Shown here: positions 40,778-49,387 of the stretch, piece by piece
Layout: each line of letters opens with the position of its first letter
Position numbering within the stretch: the stretch's first letter is position 1
Assembly: GCA_963841435.1 (NCBI GenBank)
Contig: CAWJCS010000005.1
Span: 480,001 to 544,000, forward strand
DNA length: 64,000 bases
Direction: 5' to 3'
Source of the DNA: an uncultured delta proteobacterium
Lineage (GTDB): Bacteria; Myxococcota_A; Polyangia; Polyangiales; Polyangiaceae
Position numbers and translations under genes: made by a program
Notes under the pieces: model-generated
What the model was told of the DNA's origin: nothing
What the model saw: the letters and a program-made list of their open reading frames with translations, nothing else
Database searches by the model: none

Positions 40778-42660
40778 TGGCGGACGAGAAAGAGCTCATC
40801 CAGAACGACATTCTCGCGTATCTCGAGCAGCACCAGGAAAAGGAGCTGCTTCGCTTCACGTCCGTCGGCTCGGTGGACGACGGTAAGTCCACGCTGATCG
40901 GCCGCCTGCTCTTCGATACGCACGGCATCTACGAGGACCAGCTGTCGGCGATGAAACGCGCGTCGACGAAGACGGGGCGCGACCTCGACCTGTCGCTGCT
41001 CACGGACGGCCTGAAGGCCGAGCGCGAGCAGGGCATCACGATCGACGTCGCTTACCGCTATTTCTCGACGGCCAAGCGAAAGTTCATCATCGCCGACACG
41101 CCGGGGCACGTCGAGTACACGCGCAATATGGCGACGGGCGCTTCGACGGCGGATCTCGCCGTGGTCCTCATCGACGCGCGGCTCGGCGTGCTCGACCAGT
41201 CGCGGCGCCACGCCTACATCGCATCGCTGCTCGGCATTCCGCACCTCGCCGTCTGCATCAACAAGATGGACCTCGTCGGCTACGACGAGAAGCGCTTCAA
41301 CGAGATCCGCTCGGTGTTCGCCGACTTCGTCGGGCAGCTCGGCTTTCGGGGCGCCGTGTTCATTCCCATCAGCGCGCTCGCGGGCGACAACGTGGTTCAT
41401 CGCACGCGCGCCATGCCCTGGTACGACGGCGTGACGCTGCTCGAGCACCTCGAAACCGTGCCCGTGGCGTCGGGGGTCAACCAAGAGAACTTCCGCTTTC
41501 CCGTGCAATCGGTGCTGCGCCCCGACCTCGACTATCGCGGCTTCTCGGGCGTGATCGCGTCGGGCGTCGTCGAGCAGGGCGACACCGTCATGGTACTGCC
41601 ATCGCGCAAAAAGAGCACGGTGGCGAGCATCGACACGTTCGAGGGCGCGTTGCCGAAGGCGTTCGCGCCCATGAGCGTCACGCTCCGGCTCGCCGACGAG
41701 GTCGACGTGAGCCGCGGTGCCATGCTCGTGCACCCGAACGATCTTCCGAGCGTCGACCAGCGCTTCGACGCCATGCTCGTGTGGATGAGCGAGCGCGCGC
41801 TCGACCGACAGAAGGGTTATCTGCTCAAGCACACGACGCAGGTCGTTCGTGCGAACGTCGAGCAGGTCGCCTACACGACGAACCTGGAAACGCTGACGCA
41901 GTCGCCCGCGAGCCTCCTCGTCTTGAACGACATCGGGCGCGTCACGATCACGTGCCACCGTCCAATCTACTTCGATCCGTACCGCCAGAACCGCGCAACG
42001 GGCGCTTTCATCCTGATCGACGCACTGACGAACAACACGGTCGCGGCCGGCATGATCCTCGCCGGGGAGGCCGCCGAGCCCTACACCGAATCGCAGCGCC
42101 CACCCGCGCTCGAGCGCCCACGCTCCTCCGTTTCGAAGGACGAGCGCAGCGAGCGCCTCGGCCAGAAGGGATGCACCGTGTGGCTCACGGGCCTGCCGGC
42201 GAGCGGTAAGACGGCGATTGCCTTCGCGCTCGAACGACGACTCTTCGACCTCAAACGCCTCGCGCTCGTGGTCGATCCGGACGACGGGCTCTCGAACGGC
42301 GTGCAGCCGGACGGCTCGAGCCCGTGGCAGACGCCGGAGCTCGCGCGCCGCTTCACCGACGCCGGCCTCATCGCGATCTTCGCGTATGCTTCGCCGATTC
42401 GCACCGATCGCGACGCGATCCGCGAGGCGGTCGGCAGCGAGCGCTTCGTCGAGGTGCACGTCTCGACGAAGCTCTCCAAGCGGCAGAAGCGCGACGCCCG
42501 CGGAGTGTACGGCCCCGGGCACGTGCACCCGAGCGAGGAGCCGCCCACGAATCCCGATCTCGTGATCGGCCTCGATGCGGCCGAGGCCGACGAGGTGGCG
42601 CTGCGCATCGTGCAGGTGCTCGTCCGGCGCGGTCTCTTGCCGTCGCTCTACTCGCTCTAG
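40777..42660 (+). CDS. cysN: Sulfate adenylyltransferase subunit 1 fused to a degenerate APS-kinase domain (CysN/C)
   Basis: GSVDDGKSTLIGRL, EREQGITIDVAYRYF, DTPGH, NKMD; C-terminal GLPASGKT domain. Confidence 0.93.
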   Translation: MADEKELIQNDILAYLEQHQEKELLRFTSVGSVDDGKSTLIGRLLFDTHGIYEDQLSAMKRASTKTGRDLDLSLLTDGLKAEREQGITIDVAYRYFSTAKRKFIIADTPGHVEYTRNMATGASTADLAVVLIDARLGVLDQSRRHAYIASLLGIPHLAVCINKMDLVGYDEKRFNEIRSVFADFVGQLGFRGAVFIPISALAGDNVVHRTRAMPWYDGVTLLEHLETVPVASGVNQENFRFPVQSVLRPDLDYRGFSGVIASGVVEQGDTVMVLPSRKKSTVASIDTFEGALPKAFAPMSVTLRLADEVDVSRGAMLVHPNDLPSVDQRFDAMLVWMSERALDRQKGYLLKHTTQVVRANVEQVAYTTNLETLTQSPASLLVLNDIGRVTITCHRPIYFDPYRQNRATGAFILIDALTNNTVAAGMILAGEAAEPYTESQRPPALERPRSSVSKDERSERLGQKGCTVWLTGLPASGKTAIAFALERRLFDLKRLALVVDPDDGLSNGVQPDGSSPWQTPELARRFTDAGLIAIFAYASPIRTDRDAIREAVGSERFVEVHVSTKLSKRQKRDARGVYGPGHVHPSEEPPTNPDLVIGLDAAEADEVALRIVQVLVRRGLLPSLYSL

Positions 42661-42750
42661 CCTCGCGTTGGGCGCTCGCGGAAAAACGGGTCCTCGGGCG
42701 AACGCTGAGCGTCGCGAAGGCCGAAACGCTTGGGTCGCCGTCGGGGTCGA

Positions 42751-42957
42751 CCTAGCACTACTGTCAGAGATTCGCGTTTCCTTCGAGAAATTCGCAGATT
42801 GGCGAGCGGCGAACTTTTCGGACGGCGGCGCCCACGTCTTGCGTCCATTTCGTGCTCGAAGACGGCCGCCCGCTGGCCGCGCCAGTTGCTTTCGTGGCTC
42901 ATGTTCTCTCTGCCGAATCGTGATCTGTTCCTCCAAGACTCTGACAGTAGTGCTAGG
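42751..42957. mobile_element. MITE-like non-autonomous element
   Basis: Perfect 19-bp inverted repeats CCTAGCACTACTGTCAGAG (42751-42769) and CTCTGACAGTAGTGCTAGG (42939-42957), CTAG at both ends, lower-GC non-coding interior. Confidence 0.75.
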
Positions 42958-42971
42958 GCAAAGTGCACGCC

Positions 42972-43851
42972 ATGACGCGCGCCGATCCCAAGCTTCTCGG
43001 TGGACCAATCGCTTCTCGCCGCACGCTGCTCGCCGGCGCGCTGGGCACGGGCTTCGCGCTCGCCGTCGAGCCCGTGAGCGCACGCACCATCACGACGAGC
43101 AGCGCGGGCCTCGAGGCGGGCGAGGTCACGATCCCCGCGCGCGACGGTAGCGTCGCCGCGTATCGCGCCGTGCCCAAGCCCAAGGCAAAGAGCCCCGTTC
43201 TTTGCCCGCTCGTGCTCGTCGTGCACGAGATTTTCGGCGTTCACGAGCACATCGCGGATGTCTGCCGAAGGCTTGCGAAGCAGGGCTACTTCGCCGTCGC
43301 GCCGGAGCTTTTTTCGCGTCAGGGTGACGTGAAGAAGGCGGCAGGCATGGAGCAGATCCGTCCGATTGTCCAAAGCGTGCCCGATGCGCAGGTGCTCACC
43401 GATCTCGATGCCACCGTCGCCTGGGCCGTTTCCACCGGACAGGCCGACCCCGAAAAGCTCGCCATCACAGGGTTTTGCTGGGGCGGCCGCATCGTCTGGC
43501 TCTACGCCGCCCACCGCACACGGCTCAAGGCGGGCGTCGCGTGGTACGGACGTTCTCGTCGGCGACAAGGACGATCGCCACCCGCGCCAGCCGCTCGACA
43601 TCGGCGCGTCGTTGAACGCTCCCGTGCTCGGCCTGTACGGCGAAAAGGATCCGGTCATTCCCGTGGCGAGCGTCGAACAGATGCGCGCCGTGCTCGAAAA
43701 GGGCAACGCCGCGTCGAGGGCGTCCAAGATCGAGCTCTACCCGGACGCGGGGCACGCCTTCTTCGCGGACTACCGGCCGAACTACGAGCCCAAGGCAGCG
43801 GCCGACGGCTGGAAGAAGACGCTGGCCTGGCTCAAGGCGCACGGCGTCTAG
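42972..43851 (+). CDS. Dienelactone hydrolase family protein with Tat-like signal (frameshift near 43553)
   Basis: SRRTLL, HEIFG, GFCWGG, AWYG then after a 1-nt shift [16 protein letters not shown]. Confidence 0.85.
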
Positions 43852-43861
43852 CCGTCACGCG

Positions 43862-43910
43862 CCGTTCCGCAGCCGCGCGGCACCGTTCCGCAGCCGCGCG
43901 GCACCGTTCC
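43862..43910. repeat. 21-bp tandem repeat (CCGTTCCGCAGCCGCGCGGCA)x2.3 between convergent genes
   Basis: Directly visible. Confidence 0.8.
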
Positions 43911-43920
43911 CCTCACACCC

Positions 43921-44688
43921 TCAGGTCGAGCCGGCGGCGCCGCCCGTGTTGCCGCCCTGACCCGCTCCGCCCTGACCCGCGACGCCTCCCTGGCCTCCCT
44001 GGCCTCCCTGGCCGCCCATGCCTGAGCTCGCGCCCGCCGCACCGCTCTCCCCTGCCGTCGCACCGCCCTGGCCCGAGCCACTCTGTCCCGCGCCACCCTG
44101 CGCGGCGCCGCTCTGTCCGCCACCTCCCTGCCCGGCGCCGCTGTTGCCGCCGAACGCCGGGGGCGCCCCGTACGCACCACCCGTACCCATGAAGCCCGCC
44201 GTGCCACCCATCTGACCGCCCGTGCCGGCGTTGCCGGTGCCCGACATACCCGCCATGCCGCTCGCGCCGCCGCTCGTCGGGTTCACGCCGCCGACGCCGC
44301 CCGCCGGCGGACCGCCGTAAACGACGCCCGCGCCACCGAATCCGCCCGTGCCCACCGAGCCCGACGCACTGCCCGATGTGCCGGCGTCGCCGCCATTGCC
44401 GGAGGTCGCTCCTCCGTTGCCCGCGTTGCCCTGCGTGCCGCTCGAGCCCGCCTTGTTGCCCGCGCCGTCGTCGTCTTCGGAGGCGCCGCCGCAAGCCGAC
44501 GCGATGGTGCCCGCGAGCGTCGTCCCCACGACGACGAGCGCCGCGCGACTGACGCGCGGCTGCACGAGGCCGGGCGACCGCGTTCTTCCCACGGCGTCGA
44601 GCAACTGCCCGCAGAAGGGGCAGCGGCTCGCGCGAACGAGCACGTGGCGGCTGCAAGCGGGGCACGGCAAATAGCGGGCTTTCGTCAT
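43921..44688 (-). CDS. Putative radical-SAM substrate: Zn ribbon + lipoprotein signal + Gly-rich body with two YG(G/A)PP motifs
   Basis: CPAC..CPFC; ASAC lipobox; VVYGGPP and [11 protein letters not shown] overlap with the rSAM stop codon. Confidence 0.75.
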   Translation of the reverse strand: MTKARYLPCPACSRHVLVRASRCPFCGQLLDAVGRTRSPGLVQPRVSRAALVVVGTTLAGTIASACGGASEDDDGAGNKAGSSGTQGNAGNGGATSGNGGDAGTSGSASGSVGTGGFGGAGVVYGGPPAGGVGGVNPTSGGASGMAGMSGTGNAGTGGQMGGTAGFMGTGGAYGAPPAFGGNSGAGQGGGGQSGAAQGGAGQSGSGQGGATAGESGAAGASSGMGGQGGQGGQGGVAGQGGAGQGGNTGGAAGST

Positions 44689-46031
44689 GAGTCGATCTCC
44701 CTCGATTCCGGCGCGGTGCTGCTCGCCGGTAGGTCTTCCAGGATCAGCCGGAAGCGCCCGGCGTCGAAAGGCAGGCCGGGCGCCGCTTCGACACGCTCGA
44801 TCCGCTCGCGCTGGCCGGCGCGCTGGAGCTCGAGGGTGCGGTGGTGGCAAAACGGATTGTTGCCTGGTTTACCGAGCAGCGTATCGCCCATCCACGTGCA
44901 GCCGGCGCGGCAGGTGTCGGCGTAGTAGCAGGTCCGGCAAAATCCCCAGAGGTCGTCAACCGTGCGATCGCGCGTGTAGCGGATCGGACCGCCACGCTCC
45001 CAGATGTCGCGGAGGCTCGCGTCGCGCACGTTGCCAGCCGCCCACTTCTCCGTGGGCAAGGACGGGCAGCCTTTGACGGTGCCGTCCGCTTCGATGCCCA
45101 TCAGCGTCTGGCCGGCACCGCAACCGCGCCCGTGACCGTCGGGCATCCACGCCGCGATCAGTGCCTCGTACGGTCCGAAATAGCCGAGGCTGTTGCCGCG
45201 CCAGATGAACACGCCGGCCCGGTCGGCGCGCTCCTTGAGCTTCGGCAAAAGCGGGAACAACTCGAGCAGATCGTAGGGCTGGAGCAGCACCTCCGGCTCG
45301 TTGACGGCGCGCCCCATGGGGATCGTGAGCTGGAGCTGCCAGGCGCGCGAACCGTGCTCGATCATGAGCTCGAGCTCTTCCGGCAGATCCGGCAGCGTGA
45401 GGCGATTGATCTGGGTGTTGTTGTTGACGTTGATGCCCGCGGCGCGAAGGTTGTCCATGGCGTCGAGCGCCGCGCGAAAGGACCCCGTGACGCCGCGCAG
45501 CCGATCGTGCGTCGCCTCCAGGCCGTCGAGCGAGACGGAAGCATCGCGGAGCCCTGCGCCAAACGCCGCGCGCGCCCGCTCGAACGTCATGCCGCGGCCG
45601 CCGGTCGTGAGGTTTGGCAGCATACCGTGCGCCGTGATCGCATGAATGACGTCGATCCAATCGTCGCGCAGGTAGGCTTCGCCGCCGATGAGCGAGACCT
45701 CCTTCACGCCGAGCTCGGCGAGCTCGCGCACGAGCGAGAGACACTCTGCCGTCGAGAGCTCGTCGGGTCGCGCCTTGCCGGCGCGCGAGCCGCAATGTTG
45801 ACAGGCGAGGTCGCAGGCGAGCGTGAGCTCCCACACGCAGTAGATCGGCCGCACGGCGTTGACGGCGCGCACGTCGGAGGCGAGAGGCAGGTTGCGCTTC
45901 GCCTTGGGCGCGAGCGGCGCGAGCTTGAGCGCGCGCGGTCGCTCGGCGTCGAGCAAGGCGCTACGCCGCGCCGGGCCGAGGGGATCGGGTCCGCTCTCGG
46001 CCGAGGCTTTCGCTGCGCGGGGGTCGGTCAC
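44685..46031 (-). CDS. Radical SAM/SPASM peptide maturase (PlpX/TIGR03913 splicease-like)
   Basis: VWELTLACDLACQHCGSRAG, IGGEAYLR, WQLQLT, CGAG..GIEADGTVKGCPSL, FCRTCYYADTCRAGC, NNPFCHHR. Confidence 0.85.
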   Translation of the reverse strand: MTDPRAAKASAESGPDPLGPARRSALLDAERPRALKLAPLAPKAKRNLPLASDVRAVNAVRPIYCVWELTLACDLACQHCGSRAGKARPDELSTAECLSLVRELAELGVKEVSLIGGEAYLRDDWIDVIHAITAHGMLPNLTTGGRGMTFERARAAFGAGLRDASVSLDGLEATHDRLRGVTGSFRAALDAMDNLRAAGINVNNNTQINRLTLPDLPEELELMIEHGSRAWQLQLTIPMGRAVNEPEVLLQPYDLLELFPLLPKLKERADRAGVFIWRGNSLGYFGPYEALIAAWMPDGHGRGCGAGQTLMGIEADGTVKGCPSLPTEKWAAGNVRDASLRDIWERGGPIRYTRDRTVDDLWGFCRTCYYADTCRAGCTWMGDTLLGKPGNNPFCHHRTLELQRAGQRERIERVEAAPGLPFDAGRFRLILEDLPASSTAPESREIDS

Positions 46032-46048
46032 GATGAGCCCCCCTTGGA

Positions 46049-46064
46049 AGCAAGACGCGAGCCA
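46049..46064 (-). promoter_or_regulatory. Putative sigma54 promoter of the rSAM-substrate operon
   Basis: Minus strand TGGCTCGCGTCTTGCT (GG-N10-GC). Confidence 0.65.
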
Positions 46065-46174
46065 CGCCGGGCACGAGCGTAGGCGACTGAAATCGTTGCA
46101 GGTCCGAACAACGCGCTTGTGTCAGCCTGTGCCACCGCTGCCACCGTCGCCCCTCGCTGAGACTGCGCCGGCCG

Positions 46175-47020
46175 CTACTGGGGAATGGAGTCTTTGGCAG
46201 GCCGGGCGCGCACGGCGCCGCGAATGGCCGCCGTGAGCGGGTTGTCGTTCGGACGCGCCTCGGTGGCTTTCGGGCGCGCGGGCTCCGCGGGCTTGGGCGC
46301 GGGCTTCGGCTTGGCGGGCGCCGGCGCGTCGTCAAGCGAGACCTTGGCGGCTCTGGCCGAGCCGGTGCCCGAGCGCGGGGCGGCGGCGGCGCGCGCCGGA
46401 GCCGGGGACTCGGCGGATGAGGATACCTTCTGCCCCTGGACAGGCAGCGAATCGAGCGACACAGGGCTCAGGCTCTCGGGCGCGGCGGGAGCGAGCGCAC
46501 TGAACGGAATCGGTACGAGAGCCGTCGACTCCGGAGATGGGGCCGGCGCTTGCACGACAGCGGGAGCTGCGGCGGGTGGGGCGGCGATCGGAGCGGCCGC
46601 GGCTTCGGCTGGAGGGCTCACGACGGCCGGACGCTCTGCGCCCGGCGGGGACGCCGCGACGGGTGGTGCCACTGGAAGGTCTGCAGGGTCCGCGGTCGCC
46701 GGCTCCGTGCCGGCAAGCACCGGCTCCATCGAGCGCGGTGTGCCCCAGCCGGGACTGCCGACGAGATACTGCTCGGCAGCGAGGTAGCGCTTCTCCTGGC
46801 CGGCACGCTTCGCGAGATCCCGAAACACGTCGTTACGGTAGAGGGCCGCGATGGAGCCGGCGATCGCGGCGGCGACCAGCAGCTGGCGCACGAAGTAGTA
46901 GCCGCGCGGCGCACGCTCTGCGTAGCGCGATGGGCGACCCATCGCCGCGTACTGGTCGTACAGGTCGGGAAGCGATGCCACGAGCAAACAATCGTACCAC
47001 GAGGAGCCGTCGGCTCGCAC
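46175..47020 (-). CDS. Hypothetical membrane-anchored Pro/Ala-rich protein
   Basis: One TM (LLVAAAIAGSIAALY), long PA-rich linker, C-terminal NDNPLTAAIR. Confidence 0.55.
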   Translation of the reverse strand: MRADGSSWYDCLLVASLPDLYDQYAAMGRPSRYAERAPRGYYFVRQLLVAAAIAGSIAALYRNDVFRDLAKRAGQEKRYLAAEQYLVGSPGWGTPRSMEPVLAGTEPATADPADLPVAPPVAASPPGAERPAVVSPPAEAAAAPIAAPPAAAPAVVQAPAPSPESTALVPIPFSALAPAAPESLSPVSLDSLPVQGQKVSSSAESPAPARAAAAPRSGTGSARAAKVSLDDAPAPAKPKPAPKPAEPARPKATEARPNDNPLTAAIRGAVRARPAKDSIPQ

Positions 47021-47112
47021 CCCTGCCCGATCGGCGCCATTTTCGTCAACCGCTTCGCGAACGTGGGGCGCTTACCGAAGCACCCGAGATCATTGGCGGC
47101 ACGACGGGGACG

Positions 47113-47874
47113 TCAGCGGTTCACGACGAGCTCGATCTTGGAGGCGGGCGCGACCTTTTCGCCCGCGCCTGGCTTCTGGTTCAGGACCACGTAGGTCGGC
47201 GTCTCGGCCATCGACACCCAGCGGAAAGTGGCCTCGAGCCCGAGCTTTTCGAGCTCGGTCTTCGCCTTGCTGACGGAGAACCCTGCGAGCTTCGGCACGG
47301 CAACGTCACCGGGCCCCGCCGATACGTCGACGCTGATCGTCTTGCCCTTCTCGAGCACTGAATCGGCGTCGGGCGACTGCTTGACGATCTGTCCGGCCGG
47401 GACCTTCGCGTCGGCGATGGGTGGGTTCGCGGCGAGCTTGTAGCCGAGCTCCTCGACACGTCTCGTCGCGTTGACCACCGTGAGCCCGGCGAGCGCGGGA
47501 ACCTTGGGCGGCGCGTCCGCAATCACCACGCTCACGGGGTGCTCGCGCGGCACGTTCTGGCCGGCGGGAATCGACTGGCGCACCACGGTGCCCGGCCGCG
47601 CTTCCGCGCTCGGCTCGTGAGACCCGACGAGCAGGACGATGTGCGACGCTTGCGCGTTGGTGCGCGCGTCGGCCTCGTTGAAGCCGCGCAGATCCGGAAC
47701 GACCGTCTCGGCCACGGGCTCCGGGTGGTGAAACACGTTGAAGCGCTCGATCACGTAGACCGTGCCCGCAGCCGTCACCGCGGCCGTGAAAAACGCGATC
47801 AAGAACGCCGTGGAGCCGTGCACGCCCGTCGCCTCCGGTCGCTGGTAGATTTCGTCCCAGTCATCGCGTCCCAA
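47113..47874 (-). CDS. PASTA-domain protein (3 repeats)
   Basis: TM then VPDLRG..GTVVRQS, VPALAG..GQIVKQSP, VPKLAG..VLNQKP. Confidence 0.85.
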   Translation of the reverse strand: MGRDDWDEIYQRPEATGVHGSTAFLIAFFTAAVTAAGTVYVIERFNVFHHPEPVAETVVPDLRGFNEADARTNAQASHIVLLVGSHEPSAEARPGTVVRQSIPAGQNVPREHPVSVVIADAPPKVPALAGLTVVNATRRVEELGYKLAANPPIADAKVPAGQIVKQSPDADSVLEKGKTISVDVSAGPGDVAVPKLAGFSVSKAKTELEKLGLEATFRWVSMAETPTYVVLNQKPGAGEKVAPASKIELVVNR

Positions 47875-48034
47875 GCCTCGTCACTCTACTCCGAGCAACG
47901 CCGCGCGGGAAAGCCGCTTCGATTCGCGACCTCGCGGGCTCACGAGGGTCTCGACGCCGCGCGCTGAGGACGCCCAAATCGGCCGCGAACGACGCGCTCG
48001 CCACCGATCGCGCCGGCAGCGGGCGCGACGGGCT

Positions 48035-49123
48035 TCAGCGCTGCGCCCGCCTGCGCCGACGAGCCGTACGCCGACGTCCGACGACGAAACCACCGAGCGC
48101 GAGCGCACCAAAAAAGGCGAGCCGCGAGCTTTGCCGCGCGCCCGCGACGCGACAGCCGCAACCGGCCTGGTCGTCTGCCGTGGCAGGCGCGGCGGTCGAA
48201 CCGCTGCCCGACGACCCGCCCGTGACGGCGCCGCCCGAGCCGAGCGGAGCCGTGCCGCTGGACCCGGCGGTTCCAGCGCTGCCGCCGACGCCCGCGCCGA
48301 TCGTGCCGCCGGTGCTGACGCCGCCGCCCGCGGCGATGCCACCCTGACCGCTCGCACCGCTCATGCCGCCGATGCCGCCGATATCGACACCGGTGCCGCC
48401 GAGCCCACCACCGCCGAGCCCACCCTGGCCGCCGTCACCGGCACCGCCCGCACCCGCGCCGCCTGCGCCTGCACCGGCCGTCGCGGCACCCCCATCGCCA
48501 CCCGATTGCCCGCCCGCACCGCTCGCGCCACCGGCGCTCATGCCGCCGGCCCCCGACGCACCCCCAATCGAGATGATCGCACAGTGATGGTAGAAACACG
48601 GCGCCGCATGGCTCGACATGAACTCGATCACTTGCAGCGTGCAGTGGTCGCACGTCACGTCGCTCGGCAGCGTGACGGCGATCGTCTGCGGTCCGCTGAA
48701 GGCCATGGTGTGCTCGAGCATGCCGTCGGCGAGGACCGGAAAGACCGCCGGGTCCTGGACGGGGACGCTCCCACAGGCCGTTGCACCGGCTGTGACGGGT
48801 GGCTCGGCTGGCAGCTCGCTCGCATCGTTGACGGCGAGGGCAACGCGGTAGTGACCCGGGTGGGTGACCTTCTCGTCGATCGTGATCATGATGGTCTCGC
48901 CAGCCTGGTACGGCGTGACGGCGTTGGTCGGTGTGGGGTTGCCCTCGTTCCCGCAGGGACCCATCTTCTGAGGACTGCCCATCAGGTCCTGCTCCGCCCA
49001 GCTCTCGGGTGACATGAGCTGAAAGTGCGCGTGCGCCGTGCCGGCCACCGCCGTGAGACAAAGCGCAATGGCCCCGCCGGCGAGCTGCCGGCCGATGGTT
49101 CGTGTGGGCGCGAAGCGGGACAT
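48035..49123 (-). CDS. Polysaccharide monooxygenase (LPMO)-like protein with MYXO-CTERM-like anchor
   Basis: Signal AHA/HF gives mature N-terminal His; THPGHYRVAL; CDHCTLQ; YHHCA; Gly linker; GCGCRV+TM+RRR. Confidence 0.75.
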   Translation of the reverse strand: MSRFAPTRTIGRQLAGGAIALCLTAVAGTAHAHFQLMSPESWAEQDLMGSPQKMGPCGNEGNPTPTNAVTPYQAGETIMITIDEKVTHPGHYRVALAVNDASELPAEPPVTAGATACGSVPVQDPAVFPVLADGMLEHTMAFSGPQTIAVTLPSDVTCDHCTLQVIEFMSSHAAPCFYHHCAIISIGGASGAGGMSAGGASGAGGQSGGDGGAATAGAGAGGAGAGGAGDGGQGGLGGGGLGGTGVDIGGIGGMSGASGQGGIAAGGGVSTGGTIGAGVGGSAGTAGSSGTAPLGSGGAVTGGSSGSGSTAAPATADDQAGCGCRVAGARQSSRLAFFGALALGGFVVGRRRTARRRRRAQR

Positions 49124-49317
49124 GATTGAATACTCCTCGTGTCGCGCTGGACGACGAACGTCGACCAGGCGCCCAAGCATACGGCAAAGGTTTGGATGGA
49201 GAAGCCGGCGACTGCGCTTCTCGTAAAGTGGATCCGGGGCGGATTTTTCGGCTATCCGCGGCGCTTTTTCGCACCGTGCCAACGAGGCGAGAAATCGAGC
49301 ACAATCGCCACGACCTT

Positions 49318-49333
49318 TGGCACGAGCAAAGCA
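49318..49333 (+). promoter_or_regulatory. Putative sigma54 promoter of the RlmN-like operon
   Basis: TGGCACGAGCAAAGCA (GG-N10-GC; -12 imperfect). Confidence 0.45.
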
Positions 49334-49387
49334 CTGCCTCGGATTTTTCGAGACCGACACTAATCCAGAGTAGTAGTAGCGGTCCCA

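Noticed and set aside
43862-43910. Tandem repeats as a possible CRISPR array
   Set aside because: No spacers and no cas genes; simple tandem duplication
26340-48560. Gly-rich stretches in other lipoproteins as additional rSAM substrates
   Set aside because: Generic myxobacterial linkers; none contains the YG(G/A)PP motif
49240-49350. Direct repeat CGGATTTTTCG 100 bp apart
   Set aside because: Only two short copies with no supporting structure; may be chance
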